Shown: piece by piece, positions 39,065 through 50,213 of the stretch | Layout: each line of letters opens with the position of its first letter | Position numbering within the stretch: the stretch's first letter is position 1 | NCBI GenBank assembly: GCA_965204285.1 | Contig: OZ241980.1 | Span: 261,811 to 325,810 of the forward strand | Source of the DNA: Candidatus Poribacteria bacterium | GTDB lineage: Bacteria; Poribacteria; WGA-4E; WGA-3G | Direction of reading: 5' to 3' | Length of the DNA stretch: 64,000 nt | The notes under the pieces: generated by a model | Database searches by the model: none | Seen by the model: the letters and a program-made list of their open reading frames with translations, nothing else | What the model was told of the DNA's origin: nothing | Position numbers and translations under genes: made by a program

Positions 39065-39955
39065 TTACATTGCATCAACAACTGCACGAAGTTGACGGAT
39101 ACCGTCTAACATCTGTTGTGGGTTTCCCCAGTGTTCTATGCTCGCAGCACCTTTAAATCCGTCATCAATTAATGTTTGCAACAATTGTTCATAGCGTAGG
39201 TCTGTGTCTCTAATCGGGTCCAGATTTTTCTCGCGGTTCGGTTTTACATGCACATGCCGTACGAACCCCTTAATATGTGAATATCCATCGGGTAATGGAT
39301 TTTCTCCGCAGTGTAAACCGTTATTGACATCCCAACATGAAGCGAGTGCAGGACTATTGCCAAGTGCATCAATTACGGTTCGCGTTTCTTCACAAGTGCC
39401 AGCAAGTGTAGCATCTTCATTCTCAAAAGCGAGAATCACGTTTGCACTTTCAGCAATCGGAACTACGGGCGAAAGTTTTTCAACAATCTGGTCCAAATAG
39501 TCGTTTATATCCGGACGAGAGGATTCTTTAAGTCTCCGATTTGGATTCCAAAAAGCGAATCCACGAATAATCTGTGTTTCAAAGGCGTGTGCAAGTTCAA
39601 CCATACGGTCGAAGTGCCGCAGATGACGTTCATATTCTTGCGAGTTGTCGATTGCACATTTCCCAAAAGGTGAGCCGACGCTCGCGACGCTGACATTGTA
39701 AGAAGTTAGTACGTCTTGTGCGCGTTTCACGTCGTCATCGTCAATTTCAGTTACGTGCTTTCCCCAAACACCACCCCGCACTTCCACAGTGTTGGCACCA
39801 GCTTCAACACCTAATTTGATAGCTTCCTCAAAATCTTCTCTGGAAACTTCATCAGCGAAAAAACATACATCAATCATTTCAAATTTCCTGCAAATTTCTC
39901 CGATGTTTCTTAAATCCTGATCATTGGGAGACGACAAGTTGACTAACCTTGTCAT
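39065..39955 (-). CDS. sugar-phosphate isomerase/epimerase (xylose-isomerase-like TIM barrel)
   Basis: Composition and conserved His/Glu/Asp positions typical of the AP-endonuclease-2/TIM-barrel family. Confidence 0.5.
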   Translation of the reverse strand: MTRLVNLSSPNDQDLRNIGEICRKFEMIDVCFFADEVSREDFEEAIKLGVEAGANTVEVRGGVWGKHVTEIDDDDVKRAQDVLTSYNVSVASVGSPFGKCAIDNSQEYERHLRHFDRMVELAHAFETQIIRGFAFWNPNRRLKESSRPDINDYLDQIVEKLSPVVPIAESANVILAFENEDATLAGTCEETRTVIDALGNSPALASCWDVNNGLHCGENPLPDGYSHIKGFVRHVHVKPNREKNLDPIRDTDLRYEQLLQTLIDDGFKGAASIEHWGNPQQMLDGIRQLRAVVDAM

Positions 39956-40228
39956 AATCCTATATCAACTCAAGAAATTGCAGACTCCTTTCATAAAATT
40001 TCGGTGCGCCCAGCATTTTCGTTTAATAATTTATTAAGCAATTAAAATAAGAGCCGCGGCGGAGATCATCAGGGTTATTTGAATCACAGTAGGAATGATT
40101 TTACCGACCATATTAAGATAATGTGATAGCCATTCAAGGACACTATATAAGATGAGAAGCGAACCGGTTCGACTGGATTGCTTTATAAAAGAAAGTTCCA
40201 ATCCGGGCAAACATAACTTTGTTTCCTC

Positions 40229-41917
40229 TTAATAATCCAAGTTAGGAACGATAATAGATGCAAGTTTTGCCATTATCTCAAGTGGTGAATCTTTATCAGA
40301 GATCGACACTTCAAATGTAGCTGCGTTTTCCTTCACTGTAATCCAAGCAAGAAGTGAAGGAATTTCATCTGGTTTTACCATATCATTTTCTAACGGCATA
40401 GCACCATTCATTGCTTCAAATAATTTCAATATATTTAATTTCACGACTAAGAGTGGTGTTTTAGGCAACTGTTTTAAGTAGGAAGGTTTCTTCCCTTCAA
40501 GCGTGTCAACAATTGAGTGCATCTGCTCTTCTGCAAAACTTAAAAGAGACAGTCCATCCCTTTCTGCATAGTAGATATTCGATCCAAACTCAGACACCGT
40601 TGCACCTTTATAATCAGTTTTAGAAACAGAAGTATTCTGCAGATTAGATAGACTGTTACCTATCTGATCCCATTTGCCTGGGTTATCTGGAATAAAAATT
40701 AAACTCCCATGTGTATATACGTTTCCCGCATCAATTTGGAAGGTTTCATCTATGTCAATATCCAAGCTTTCCAAATCATCCGGTTCAAACAACGTTAAGT
40801 CGTCAACAGATAAGGCAAGTTCACCAGTTAAACCGGCAATAACATCATCTTTAAAATCGAGATTTAGAATCCCTTCAAGAAACGTAATAAATGCGTAAAC
40901 GTCATCTGATTCCGTATTTTCAATTTCAGTATGAATAAGTTGCCAGATTGTATCTAAAACGGTTGGAGCAACAGCAATAAACAGATCTTCTTTTCCCGAC
41001 AAACTTTTAAGTATCTCCAGTTCATCCCCTTCTTTTAGGAAAGGTCCAATTTTACTTTCGGAGAAGGTTGGGTCAAATTCAGTGTAGAGTTGAAAAAGTG
41101 GTCCAACCTCTAATAAATTGAGCTGAGCAAAAACAGTTTTAAAAGTTTGCAGTTGTGTTCGTTCAATATCTGATAAGTCGTTCAGCAGCGGTGATAGCCC
41201 CGATACATTGAAAAACCCTGTCACTTGTCCCTCATCATATTTTTTCGAAACTTTTGAATATGATTCGTTTTTTTGAATAGATAAGGTTTTTTTTCGGTAG
41301 GTATCAATCAATTTCTCAAAACTGTTTTCACCAATACCAACGACAAGAAAATCACCTACAAATCCATAAGTGAACAAGACATCTGGCATTTGGAGTGTCT
41401 CGTATTTAACCTTCCTGTGTTCCCCCGCATCAGGTTTTAATGTGCCACCAGACAACCCCATAGCACCGGTCAAGATTTTGGTAAATCGTTGCAGCTCAGC
41501 AAGGTTTCCTCCTGAATGTATAACAATGCCGCCCCGAATGCTATTTATTCCTACGTCCCATATCGCAAAACCTGTTTGGTATCCGACAGTATCAATCACA
41601 CCAAATAGATCCGTCCCAATAATCCCTTGTACTGCCAACATTCCCTGTTCCATTTCCTGCCAATCTGATTCATCCAGCGCTTGATCAAGTGTTTTTTTCC
41701 AATTTTCCGAAATCTGAATTTCGCTGTAAATTTCATCAATATCATTCAATTGTATATAAATGACACTTTCTTTTGGAATAAAGTCAGCAACCTTCGCTGC
41801 CTGAGCGAAAACTGGGATACTGACGGTTAAGAGAATGGAAATAATTAGTTTATGTAAGTTTACCCAAGGTCGTGATAGCGAATTGTGTTTTTGCACGAAA
41901 ACTTGTGACTTCATCAA
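40229..41917 (-). CDS. hypothetical secreted protein (562 aa)
   Basis: Signal peptide. No family confidently recognised. Confidence 0.4.
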   Translation of the reverse strand: MMKSQVFVQKHNSLSRPWVNLHKLIISILLTVSIPVFAQAAKVADFIPKESVIYIQLNDIDEIYSEIQISENWKKTLDQALDESDWQEMEQGMLAVQGIIGTDLFGVIDTVGYQTGFAIWDVGINSIRGGIVIHSGGNLAELQRFTKILTGAMGLSGGTLKPDAGEHRKVKYETLQMPDVLFTYGFVGDFLVVGIGENSFEKLIDTYRKKTLSIQKNESYSKVSKKYDEGQVTGFFNVSGLSPLLNDLSDIERTQLQTFKTVFAQLNLLEVGPLFQLYTEFDPTFSESKIGPFLKEGDELEILKSLSGKEDLFIAVAPTVLDTIWQLIHTEIENTESDDVYAFITFLEGILNLDFKDDVIAGLTGELALSVDDLTLFEPDDLESLDIDIDETFQIDAGNVYTHGSLIFIPDNPGKWDQIGNSLSNLQNTSVSKTDYKGATVSEFGSNIYYAERDGLSLLSFAEEQMHSIVDTLEGKKPSYLKQLPKTPLLVVKLNILKLFEAMNGAMPLENDMVKPDEIPSLLAWITVKENAATFEVSISDKDSPLEIMAKLASIIVPNLDY

Positions 41918-41930
41918 AATACCTCCTTAT

Positions 41931-43625
41931 TTATGGAACTCGAATTTCTTCTACCAATACTTGCACTTCTTCAGGGGGAGGTGGTGTAAAAGCAGACACG
42001 ACAATTGCAACAATAAAATTTAATACCATACCAAGAGTACCGATACCTTCCGGTGATATTCCCCATAACCAATTTTCAGGAACGTTCAGTTCCTCTGGTT
42101 GGATGAATTTGAAAAAGATAATATAGGCTGCTGTGAAGGTAAAACCGACAATCATTCCTGCCACTGCACCAGCTTTGTTCATTCGCTTAGAGAAAATACC
42201 CATAACAATCGCTGGAAAGAATGAACTCGCCGCGAGTCCAAAGGCGAATGCAACAACTTGTGCTACAAATCCGGGCGGATTGATGCCAAAGTAGCCAGCT
42301 ACGCAGACTGCAAAACCTGCAGCGATTCGCGCAGCCATTAATTCCTGTTTTTCGGATAAATCCCGTACAATGCAACCCTTGAGTAAATCATGAGCAATAG
42401 CCGTTGAAATAACCAACAATAAACCTGCAGCAGTAGACAGGGCAGCTGCTAAGCCACCTGCCACAACTAATCCAGTAACCCAATTGGGTAATTTTGCAAT
42501 TTCAGGGTTAGCTAACACCATAATATCGTTGCTGATAGTCAGCTCATTCGGCACAGCAGAATTTGGACCACGGTACTGTATTGTGCCATCGTTGTTTAAA
42601 TCATCAAATGTTATGAGTCCGGTTTTTTCCCAATTTGTAAACCACTCAGGAACGTCCTCATATCTGATATCTTGTAATTCACCATCCTGTTCATAAGTCA
42701 CAGTCTTAAGCAAATTTGTTTTGGCAAAAATGGCAACTGCAGGGGCGGTAGTATAGAGTAGTGCAATAAACAGTAATGCCCATCCAGCAGAGGCCCGTGC
42801 CTCAGATGCTTTACGGACTGTATAAAACCGAATAATTACATGTGGAAGTCCTGCTGTGCCTAACATTAAAGCAGCAGTGATGAAAAATACATCTATCTTA
42901 GCTTTGCTTCCATCTGTATATTTATCAAAACCGAGTGCTTCATGTAGTCCATTGAGGCGGTCTAAAAGGTATACACCTGAATCGTCTGCGGCACCAAATC
43001 CTAACTGCGGAATAGGATTGCCTGTAACAAGAAAAGAAATAAATATAGCAGGAACGAGAAATGCAAAAATGAGAACGCAGTATTGTGCGACCTGTGTATA
43101 GGTAATGCCTTTCATGCCGCCAAGCACAGCATAAAAGAAAACAATCCCCATCCCGACAAGCACACCGTAAGTAACATCAACATTTAAAAACCGAGAAAAG
43201 GCGATACCTACACCTTGCATCTGTCCAGCAACATAGGTAAAGGAAACAAAGACAGCACACACAACAGCAACTATCCGTGCCAATTGTGAATAATACCGAT
43301 CCCCAACGAAATCAGGGACAGTATACTTACCGAATTTCCGGAGGTAAGGTGCCAATAACAAGGCAAGTAGTACGTAGCCTCCTGTCCATCCAAGCAAATA
43401 GACCGATCCGTCACGTCCCAAAAAAGCAATCATCCCAGCCATCGAAATGAAGGAGGCGGCACTCATCCAATCTGCCGCTGTTGCCATTCCGTTCACAACC
43501 GGATGCACGTTGCTGCCTGCAACATAGAAGTCTCCAGTCGAGCGTGCTTTGGACCAAATCGCTACACCGATATACAATGCGAAGGAAAGACCAACCATTA
43601 TGAAGGTCCATGCTTGTACGTTCAT
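41931..43625 (-). CDS. sodium:solute symporter family, ActP-like cation/acetate symporter
   Basis: About 13 TM helices. GMATAADWMSAASFISMAGMI and TVPDFVGDRY blocks. Confidence 0.65.
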   Translation of the reverse strand: MNVQAWTFIMVGLSFALYIGVAIWSKARSTGDFYVAGSNVHPVVNGMATAADWMSAASFISMAGMIAFLGRDGSVYLLGWTGGYVLLALLLAPYLRKFGKYTVPDFVGDRYYSQLARIVAVVCAVFVSFTYVAGQMQGVGIAFSRFLNVDVTYGVLVGMGIVFFYAVLGGMKGITYTQVAQYCVLIFAFLVPAIFISFLVTGNPIPQLGFGAADDSGVYLLDRLNGLHEALGFDKYTDGSKAKIDVFFITAALMLGTAGLPHVIIRFYTVRKASEARASAGWALLFIALLYTTAPAVAIFAKTNLLKTVTYEQDGELQDIRYEDVPEWFTNWEKTGLITFDDLNNDGTIQYRGPNSAVPNELTISNDIMVLANPEIAKLPNWVTGLVVAGGLAAALSTAAGLLLVISTAIAHDLLKGCIVRDLSEKQELMAARIAAGFAVCVAGYFGINPPGFVAQVVAFAFGLAASSFFPAIVMGIFSKRMNKAGAVAGMIVGFTFTAAYIIFFKFIQPEELNVPENWLWGISPEGIGTLGMVLNFIVAIVVSAFTPPPPEEVQVLVEEIRVP

Positions 43626-43906
43626 ACTTGTTCTGAGTCCTCCGCATCATCTTTATCAGCCTGATATTTTTTATCTAAACGGTTCATCAACCAAGCATAG
43701 ACAAAAATTAGCACAACAAAAATCCATATAGATGCTTGTTGTGCGAAATAGAACCCGAGCCGAAACCCTCCGAACCTAATCTTGTCAAGTTGTTCTACAA
43801 ACACAATTGAACAGAGAAAAGATGTGACGAACCAGATTCCGAGTAAGATACCGAGATATTGTAGATTTTTCCGCCAATAAAGTTTATTATTCTCAGATGA
43901 TTTCAC
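43622..43906 (-). CDS. DUF4212 small membrane subunit accompanying the symporter
   Basis: ATGA overlap with the symporter gene. Two TM helices and FGGFRLGFYFAQQASIWIFVVLIFVYAWLMNRLD. Confidence 0.6.
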   Translation of the reverse strand: MKSSENNKLYWRKNLQYLGILLGIWFVTSFLCSIVFVEQLDKIRFGGFRLGFYFAQQASIWIFVVLIFVYAWLMNRLDKKYQADKDDAEDSEQV

Positions 43907-43986
43907 AAACTATCCTCCGTTAGTCGGTAAATTCTTCGGGGAAATCAAGGAAGTGTACAGAATAATATCAGAAAACAGTATTTTTG

Positions 43987-44574
43987 TCAATAGTTCTCAG
44001 GAAACATCAAACGTTCCACTTGTTCTATTAGGATATGTAAAACCTTTATATGGATTTCCTGAATTCTATCCGCTGTCTCACCAGGCGCAATCAGGTAACT
44101 ATCACAGTAGTTTTTAAGCTGTCCACCATCTTTACCGATCAATCCAGACACGTGCATCTGTCTTGATTTTGCTGCTTTCGCCGCATGCACAACATTTTCA
44201 GAATTCCCACTTGTCGAGAGGATAACCAACAGATCGCCAGGATGACCTAACGCTAACAGCGGACGCGCGAAAATCTCTGCAAACCCGAAATCGTTTGCAG
44301 TACAGGTGATATGTCCGGAATCGCTTAGTGCAATGACAGGAAGCGGTTTCCGATTATCCCGAAACTTCCCTGTACACTCTTCTGCAAAGTGGATAGCATC
44401 GCACAAACTTCCACCATTTCCACATGTAAAGATTCTGCCCTGCTGTTCAAAAACGTCTCGCATCAAGGATGCTGTCTCAGCGATGACTTTGATATTATCG
44501 GGGTTTTGGATAAACTGATTGAGTGCGTCCTGTGCATCTAACAACGCGCTACGAATACTATGCGAGAGGTCCAT
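43987..44574 (-). CDS. gmhA: D-sedoheptulose-7-phosphate isomerase (SIS domain)
   Basis: GNGGSLCDAIHFAEE and the SIS fold. About 195 aa. Confidence 0.7.
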   Translation of the reverse strand: MDLSHSIRSALLDAQDALNQFIQNPDNIKVIAETASLMRDVFEQQGRIFTCGNGGSLCDAIHFAEECTGKFRDNRKPLPVIALSDSGHITCTANDFGFAEIFARPLLALGHPGDLLVILSTSGNSENVVHAAKAAKSRQMHVSGLIGKDGGQLKNYCDSYLIAPGETADRIQEIHIKVLHILIEQVERLMFPENY

Positions 44575-44575
44575 T

Positions 44576-45049
44576 CTATTTTTCTCCTAACGTGTCAAAC
44601 TGCAAATCCATAGAATCACCAGGCGCCAAATTATCCCATCGCTGCAACAATTTTCGCAGATGTTGCCGCATTGTCTCAACCTGTTCGGTAGTGACGTTGG
44701 CTGGAAGTTCTTGGCTATCAGGTTGAAGCAACGGATCAGGAAAACTTTCCCATAATTCTGCCTGTAATAGGGCTACAATAGGTTCTGCCGTCATGGCTTC
44801 TTTTGGAATTTTGAACGGGCGTTCTGATGTAGGCAGGCTAAAATCGGGAATATCATAACCTTTCGCAACAAGTCCGAAGAACGCATTTTGAAAACCGAGC
44901 GTGGTTTCGACTACGTAGTGCGCAAAGTCGTGTTGCACGAATCCACGATGGATGTGATTCCAAGTTACAGTTCCATCGTCCCGAATGCAGGTAAGTGTGT
45001 CAGGTTTGTGTTTATGTCGGTTTTTGCCTTTTTTAAAACAAATGAGCAT
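44576..45049 (-). CDS. hypothetical protein
   Basis: The ORF abuts gmhA. No family recognised. Confidence 0.35.
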   Translation of the reverse strand: MLICFKKGKNRHKHKPDTLTCIRDDGTVTWNHIHRGFVQHDFAHYVVETTLGFQNAFFGLVAKGYDIPDFSLPTSERPFKIPKEAMTAEPIVALLQAELWESFPDPLLQPDSQELPANVTTEQVETMRQHLRKLLQRWDNLAPGDSMDLQFDTLGEK

Positions 45050-45061
45050 ATGTTATATTTG

Positions 45062-45664
45062 TTAAACATTCTGTTCTTCAATTTGATGTAACGCTTCACT
45101 GATGTATCTGCGAACCCATTCACTTTCAGTGGTCTCCGCCAATGCATTGAGTGCAGAAATCGCTTGCGGATTACCAATTCTGCCTAATGCCACAACCGCA
45201 GCTGAACAGACGGACCTATCAATATCGTTGACGCTGCTTATCAATGCTTCTATCACCTGTACGGGTGGATTTGCGAATCGTTCTTCGCTAAGCCCCAATT
45301 CACCCAGAGCAACGACCACAGCACACCGCATATCCGGCTCTTCATCTTGTAGGAACGGAATAAGTTGGTCAACAGCACGCTTATCACGGAGATGTCCAAG
45401 GGAAGAGATTGCAAAACGGCGAACGGCTATATTATCGTCGGATAATGCTTCAATTAGTGGTGCAATAGCATGCACATCCCCTACACCGCCTAACCCTTCG
45501 GCGGCGTATGCACGCATCTCAGCAGATTCGGATCGCAATTTTCGCAGTAAAAACCGCGTCGGAAAATATCGCCAATTCCGTAAGGGACCGTCTTTGTGTG
45601 AAAGCAGCTGGATCAATCTACGAATCTTTTGTTGTAGGGATAGGTCCGAAACTTTATCTGCCAT
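45062..45664 (-). CDS. HEAT / PBS-lyase-like repeat protein
   Basis: Repeated ...VRR.A...LG.LGD..A...L...L.D blocks. Confidence 0.55.
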   Translation of the reverse strand: MADKVSDLSLQQKIRRLIQLLSHKDGPLRNWRYFPTRFLLRKLRSESAEMRAYAAEGLGGVGDVHAIAPLIEALSDDNIAVRRFAISSLGHLRDKRAVDQLIPFLQDEEPDMRCAVVVALGELGLSEERFANPPVQVIEALISSVNDIDRSVCSAAVVALGRIGNPQAISALNALAETTESEWVRRYISEALHQIEEQNV

Positions 45665-45768
45665 TGTGCTATCTCTATGGTAATTGAATTGTGTGAATTA
45701 TAGCATGTATTCTATCCAATGGCAATCGGTTTTTAGATGAAGTAAATAGAGTAAACAGTCTATGTGCC

Positions 45769-46962
45769 TTACAAAGTAATGCCCAATTCCTTTGCGATGG
45801 TGTAGACATCTTTATCACCACGACCAGAAAGACACACGACAATAGTTTTACCTTCACCCAGTTTCGGTGCAAGTTCACGCAGATATGCGATTGCATGTGC
45901 GGATTCTAAAGCAGGGATAATCCCCTCAGTTTCCGATAACAATTGAAATCCTTCTACTGCTTCTGTATCAGTAATTGGCACATATTCTGCCCTACCGGTT
46001 TCTCGGTAATAACTATGTTCCGGACCGACACCGGGATAATCTAAACCTGCGGAGATTGAATGTGCAGGTGTAATCTGTCCATCTTCTTCTTGCAATAGAT
46101 AACACTTTGCCCCGTGGAAAACACCTACGCTTCCAGCAGTAAGTGGTGCTGCATGACGTCCGCTACGAATGCTTTCACCTGCCGCTTCTACTCCGATGAG
46201 ACGGACCGATTCGTCATGATAGAATGGGTAAAACATGCCGAGAGAGTTACTTCCGCCACCGACACAAGCAACGACACAATGCGGTAAATTTTTCTCCTGT
46301 TCTAAAATCTGTGCCCTTGCTTCTTCACCAATGACTGCTTGAAAGTCTCTAACGATCATAGGATAGGGGTGCGCGCCAACAACTGAACCGAGAAGCAAAT
46401 ATGTCGTGCGGACATTCGTGACCCAATCTCTGAAACAAGCATTGATCGCATCTTTTAGTGTACGCGAACCGGAGTTAACTGGCACAACCTTTGTTCCCAT
46501 CAACTGCATGCGAAAGACGTTGAGTGCTTGTCGTTCTATATCCTCTTCACCCATATAGACTTCGCATTCCATATCAAACTTAGCGGCGACGGTAGCGGTC
46601 GCAACGCCGTGTTGCCCTGCCCCAGTTTCAGCGATAATACGTTTCTTACCCATCCACCGTGCAAGTAGGATTTGTCCGATTGCACTGTTTATTTTGTGGG
46701 CACCTGTATGGTTCAGGTCTTCGCGTTTGAGGAATATCTTTGCACCGCCGAGTGTTTCCGTTAGCCGTTCTGCATAATAGAGTGGATTCGGACGACCAAC
46801 GTATTCGCTGAGGTAATACCGAAATTCCTTTTGGAAATCGGGATTGTCTTTAAGGGATGTGTAAGCCTCCTCTAATTCTATGAGTGCGGGCATAAGAGTT
46901 TCGGGGACGTATCTGCCACCGAACTGTCCGAAGTGTCCTGCTGCATCTGGGAGTTGTTGCAT
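45769..46962 (-). CDS. trpB: tryptophan synthase beta chain
   Basis: [10 protein letters not shown], the PLP-lysine region [10 protein letters not shown], and GGGSNAMG-like blocks. Confidence 0.85.
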   Translation of the reverse strand: MQQLPDAAGHFGQFGGRYVPETLMPALIELEEAYTSLKDNPDFQKEFRYYLSEYVGRPNPLYYAERLTETLGGAKIFLKREDLNHTGAHKINSAIGQILLARWMGKKRIIAETGAGQHGVATATVAAKFDMECEVYMGEEDIERQALNVFRMQLMGTKVVPVNSGSRTLKDAINACFRDWVTNVRTTYLLLGSVVGAHPYPMIVRDFQAVIGEEARAQILEQEKNLPHCVVACVGGGSNSLGMFYPFYHDESVRLIGVEAAGESIRSGRHAAPLTAGSVGVFHGAKCYLLQEEDGQITPAHSISAGLDYPGVGPEHSYYRETGRAEYVPITDTEAVEGFQLLSETEGIIPALESAHAIAYLRELAPKLGEGKTIVVCLSGRGDKDVYTIAKELGITL

Positions 46963-46998
46963 GTGAGTTCTCCAGTTTGTGTCATGTTTATAATGTGA

Positions 46999-48015
46999 TT
47001 ATGTATTCTTTTTCATCAATGATTTTGCTCGAAGGTTTGGACGTTCCAAAACAGCTGGATTTACAACCGATGCGGGCAGTTGTCCTGTCAACACTTGCGC
47101 CACACAAGTAGCAGCGGTGATCTCCAATTCAAGGATCGATTCTTCTGAAACAAACGCAGTGTGAGGCGTGATGACCACATTATCAAGTGTGAGCAGTACT
47201 TCATCTGCTTCTGGCGGTTCGGTTACTAAGACATCTATACCCGCCCCTGCAATTTCACCGTTTTGGAGTGCTTCGGTGAGTGCTGCAGTGTCTACGATGC
47301 CACCCCGCGCCGTATTAATCAGGAACGCTGTTGATTTCATTGCACGAAATTCATTATGACTGAACATGTGCTGTGTTTCTGTGGTTAATGGTGCGTGGAT
47401 TGTAATAAAATCTGCCGTTTTGAGCAAGTCTTGAAAAGAGACTTTTTCCGCACCTTGTTGTTGGATTGATTCATCTGATGTCCGCGGGGAATAGACTTTG
47501 ACAATTAGCCCAAATGCTTTTGCTTTTGGTATGATTGCTTTTGCAATGTGTCCAAATCCGATAATACCTAACGTTTTTCCGCGTAATCGATACATCTGTG
47601 GACCAATGTTTTGGTCCCAAGTGCCAGATTTAACTGCTTCATTATAACACGATATTTTTCTTGCACAAGCAAGGAGAAGTGCCATTGCATGGTCAGAAAC
47701 TTCATCAACACAATATGCAGGCACATTCGTAACGATGATGCCCTTCTCGGTAGCAGTTCCCACATCAATGTTATCTAATCCGATACCGTAACGAGCGATA
47801 ATTTGGCATTTTTTTGCTGCGTCAATGACACACTTACGAACCGGTTTCCAACAAGTTAGAATACTGTCCACCGTTGATGCAAGCGTGAGGAGTTCTTCTT
47901 CGTCACCTGTTTCTGCTACGATAAGTTCTGCACCAATTTCAGCAAGCACTTGTCGTTCGGGTTCAATTGAGGCCCACGCGTAATCAGTTATAAGTACTTT
48001 CCAATTGTTCAACAT
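46999..48015 (-). CDS. D-isomer-specific 2-hydroxyacid dehydrogenase family protein
   Basis: GKTLGIIGFGHIAKAI NAD-binding motif. Catalytic R/E/H positions are present. Confidence 0.65.
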   Translation of the reverse strand: MLNNWKVLITDYAWASIEPERQVLAEIGAELIVAETGDEEELLTLASTVDSILTCWKPVRKCVIDAAKKCQIIARYGIGLDNIDVGTATEKGIIVTNVPAYCVDEVSDHAMALLLACARKISCYNEAVKSGTWDQNIGPQMYRLRGKTLGIIGFGHIAKAIIPKAKAFGLIVKVYSPRTSDESIQQQGAEKVSFQDLLKTADFITIHAPLTTETQHMFSHNEFRAMKSTAFLINTARGGIVDTAALTEALQNGEIAGAGIDVLVTEPPEADEVLLTLDNVVITPHTAFVSEESILELEITAATCVAQVLTGQLPASVVNPAVLERPNLRAKSLMKKNT

Positions 48016-48044
48016 ATTTTAATCATATTAGGTTAGAAACAAGT

Positions 48045-49427
48045 CTATAAGAATACTTTTCCAGGGTTCATCAAATTCTGCGGGTCAAGAGCTTGCTTAA
48101 TAGCACGCATTAAATCAACTGCTTCTCCATGCTCTTTTTTTAAAGCTGCCCGTTTGCCGATACCGATGCCGTGTTCGCCAGTACAAGTGCCATCCATTTT
48201 CAATGCGATGTCTACAATCTGGTCGCTGATTTGCTGTGCCTCTGCTAATTCATCTTTATTCCCAGGTTCAAGCGGAAAAACCACGTGGAAGTTTCCATCG
48301 CCGACATGACCAAGCATAGATGCCATAAGATTTGAGTTACTAAGTAGTTCTTTCGTTTTTTCGATACATTCAGCGAGTCGAGAAATCGGAACACAGACAT
48401 CGGTGACGTATCCTACGGAGCCAGGACGTCGATTGAGCGCAGCGTAGTAGCTATCATATCGAGCTTGCCATAGTTTTTTGCGTTCGGTTTCGTCTGTCGC
48501 CCATCGAAAATCGCCACTGCCGTGTGCTGATGCTGTAGTCCCTGCCACTTTTGAACTCTCTGCCACCGTATTCGCCGATCCGTGAAATTCAAAGAAAAGT
48601 GTCGGCGCAACTTCATAAGCTAATCCAGAATACTTATTGACAGCATCCATCTGAAACTCATCTAACAGTTCTATCCGAGTGATGCTGACACCCGCGCCTA
48701 TAAGTTCAATTACGGTATTTACTGCGGCATCCACGGTTGGAAAAGCACAAACAGCGGCGGCGATTGCTTCCGGTAACCGCGCTAATTTAAGTGTGATTTC
48801 AGTGATAATTCCCAGTGTGCCTTCTGAACCGATAAAGAGACGAGTGAGATCGTACCCCGCAGCGGATTTTCGCGCTCTACTACCGGTACGGACAACTGTG
48901 CCATCGGCAGTAATAACGGTTAAGCCAAGAACGTTGTCCTGCATGGTGCCATAGCAGACAGCACTTGTGCCTGAAGCGCGTGTTGCTGCCATGCCACCTA
49001 ATGAGGCATCCGCACCCGGATCAACAGGAAAATGCAGTTGCGTTCCAAGTTCAGTAAGGTGTGCGTTCAATTGCATCCTTGTAACGCCTGCTTGGACAGT
49101 TGCATCTCTGTCGTCCGCGTTGACACTAAGGATACGGTTCATTTCGTTTAAGGAGATACAAAGTGTGCCTTCGGTTGCAACAACTGCTCCTTCAACACCG
49201 GTACCTGTGCCGTAAGGAATTATCGGTATATTGTACTTCGCACAAATTTTGACTATCTCAGAAACTTCATCGTTGGTTTTAGGAAAGGCAACACCATCAG
49301 GAAGTGTGCCTTGGTGATAGGAAGCATCCTGTGCGTGTGCGTCTCGAACGGCACTGTCTGTGCTGAAACGTGTTCCAAGAAGGGTTCGGAGTTCTTTATG
49401 TGGATTTGTTAAATCGTGTTGATTCAT
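48045..49427 (-). CDS. FAD-linked oxidase (GlcD / D-lactate dehydrogenase-like)
   Basis: FAD-binding PCMH-type N-domain (IPIIPYGTGTGVEGA) and an FAD-oxidase C-domain. Confidence 0.65.
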   Translation of the reverse strand: MNQHDLTNPHKELRTLLGTRFSTDSAVRDAHAQDASYHQGTLPDGVAFPKTNDEVSEIVKICAKYNIPIIPYGTGTGVEGAVVATEGTLCISLNEMNRILSVNADDRDATVQAGVTRMQLNAHLTELGTQLHFPVDPGADASLGGMAATRASGTSAVCYGTMQDNVLGLTVITADGTVVRTGSRARKSAAGYDLTRLFIGSEGTLGIITEITLKLARLPEAIAAAVCAFPTVDAAVNTVIELIGAGVSITRIELLDEFQMDAVNKYSGLAYEVAPTLFFEFHGSANTVAESSKVAGTTASAHGSGDFRWATDETERKKLWQARYDSYYAALNRRPGSVGYVTDVCVPISRLAECIEKTKELLSNSNLMASMLGHVGDGNFHVVFPLEPGNKDELAEAQQISDQIVDIALKMDGTCTGEHGIGIGKRAALKKEHGEAVDLMRAIKQALDPQNLMNPGKVFL

Positions 49428-49545
49428 GCTAACCGTATTTTAGCATGATTTGCGGGTGGAGGCAAGATAATATGGAAGAGACAGTTAAAACTTCGCTCGC
49501 AAAATGAGTAAGCACTGCTCCGTGTAATGCTTATTTAGTGTGGTT

Positions 49546-50136
49546 CTATTCAGGGAATGTAACGCGTTCGTATATTTCCTGCAACGGCAATTCGCATTGA
49601 ACGGAAGTAAGCGGAACTTGTTGTGTAAGCTCTTGGAAGAAGGTTATACCCCACTCATCCGGTTTTCGAATATAGCGTTCAACGTTCACCTTATCTTGAG
49701 AAACGACGATATATTCTTGTAGGGATTCAAGTTGTCGGTAGTGCGAAAATTTTTCACCTCTATCATACGCTTCAGTTGTGGGAGAAAGCACCTCTACGAT
49801 GAGAATCGGGTTGAGAAGTGTATCAAATACATCGTCTTCAAAACGGGGTTCTTCACAGACAACAACGATATCTGGGTAGAAGTAGGATGAAGTGAGGGGT
49901 GAACTCACGCGCATTTCATTCGCTAAAACAGCGCACCCACTGCCTTTCAAGCGAGTACCAAGTTCAATATAGATATTGCCTGTAATCAAATTATGCGCGA
50001 AACTTGCTCCGGACATTGCAATTATCTCTCCATTGACGTATTCACTTCTGACAGTGTCAGCGTCAGGTATTGCTTTACGTTCTAATGTGATATATTCCTC
50101 AGGTGTCAGAAATGTTTGTGCTGCTTTTGTTGCCAT
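49546..50136 (-). CDS. Uma2-family (DUF820) putative endonuclease
   Basis: TPEEYITLE...EYVNGEIIAMSGASFAHN...PDIVVV...PILIVEVLSPTTEAYD...K...Y pattern. Confidence 0.6.
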   Translation of the reverse strand: MATKAAQTFLTPEEYITLERKAIPDADTVRSEYVNGEIIAMSGASFAHNLITGNIYIELGTRLKGSGCAVLANEMRVSSPLTSSYFYPDIVVVCEEPRFEDDVFDTLLNPILIVEVLSPTTEAYDRGEKFSHYRQLESLQEYIVVSQDKVNVERYIRKPDEWGITFFQELTQQVPLTSVQCELPLQEIYERVTFPE

Positions 50137-50213
50137 GATTCTCTCCCGAAATTTGCTGATAATTTTATTATAACGGGACTATGTAGATATTTCAAGAATT
50201 TTATGTGGAATCC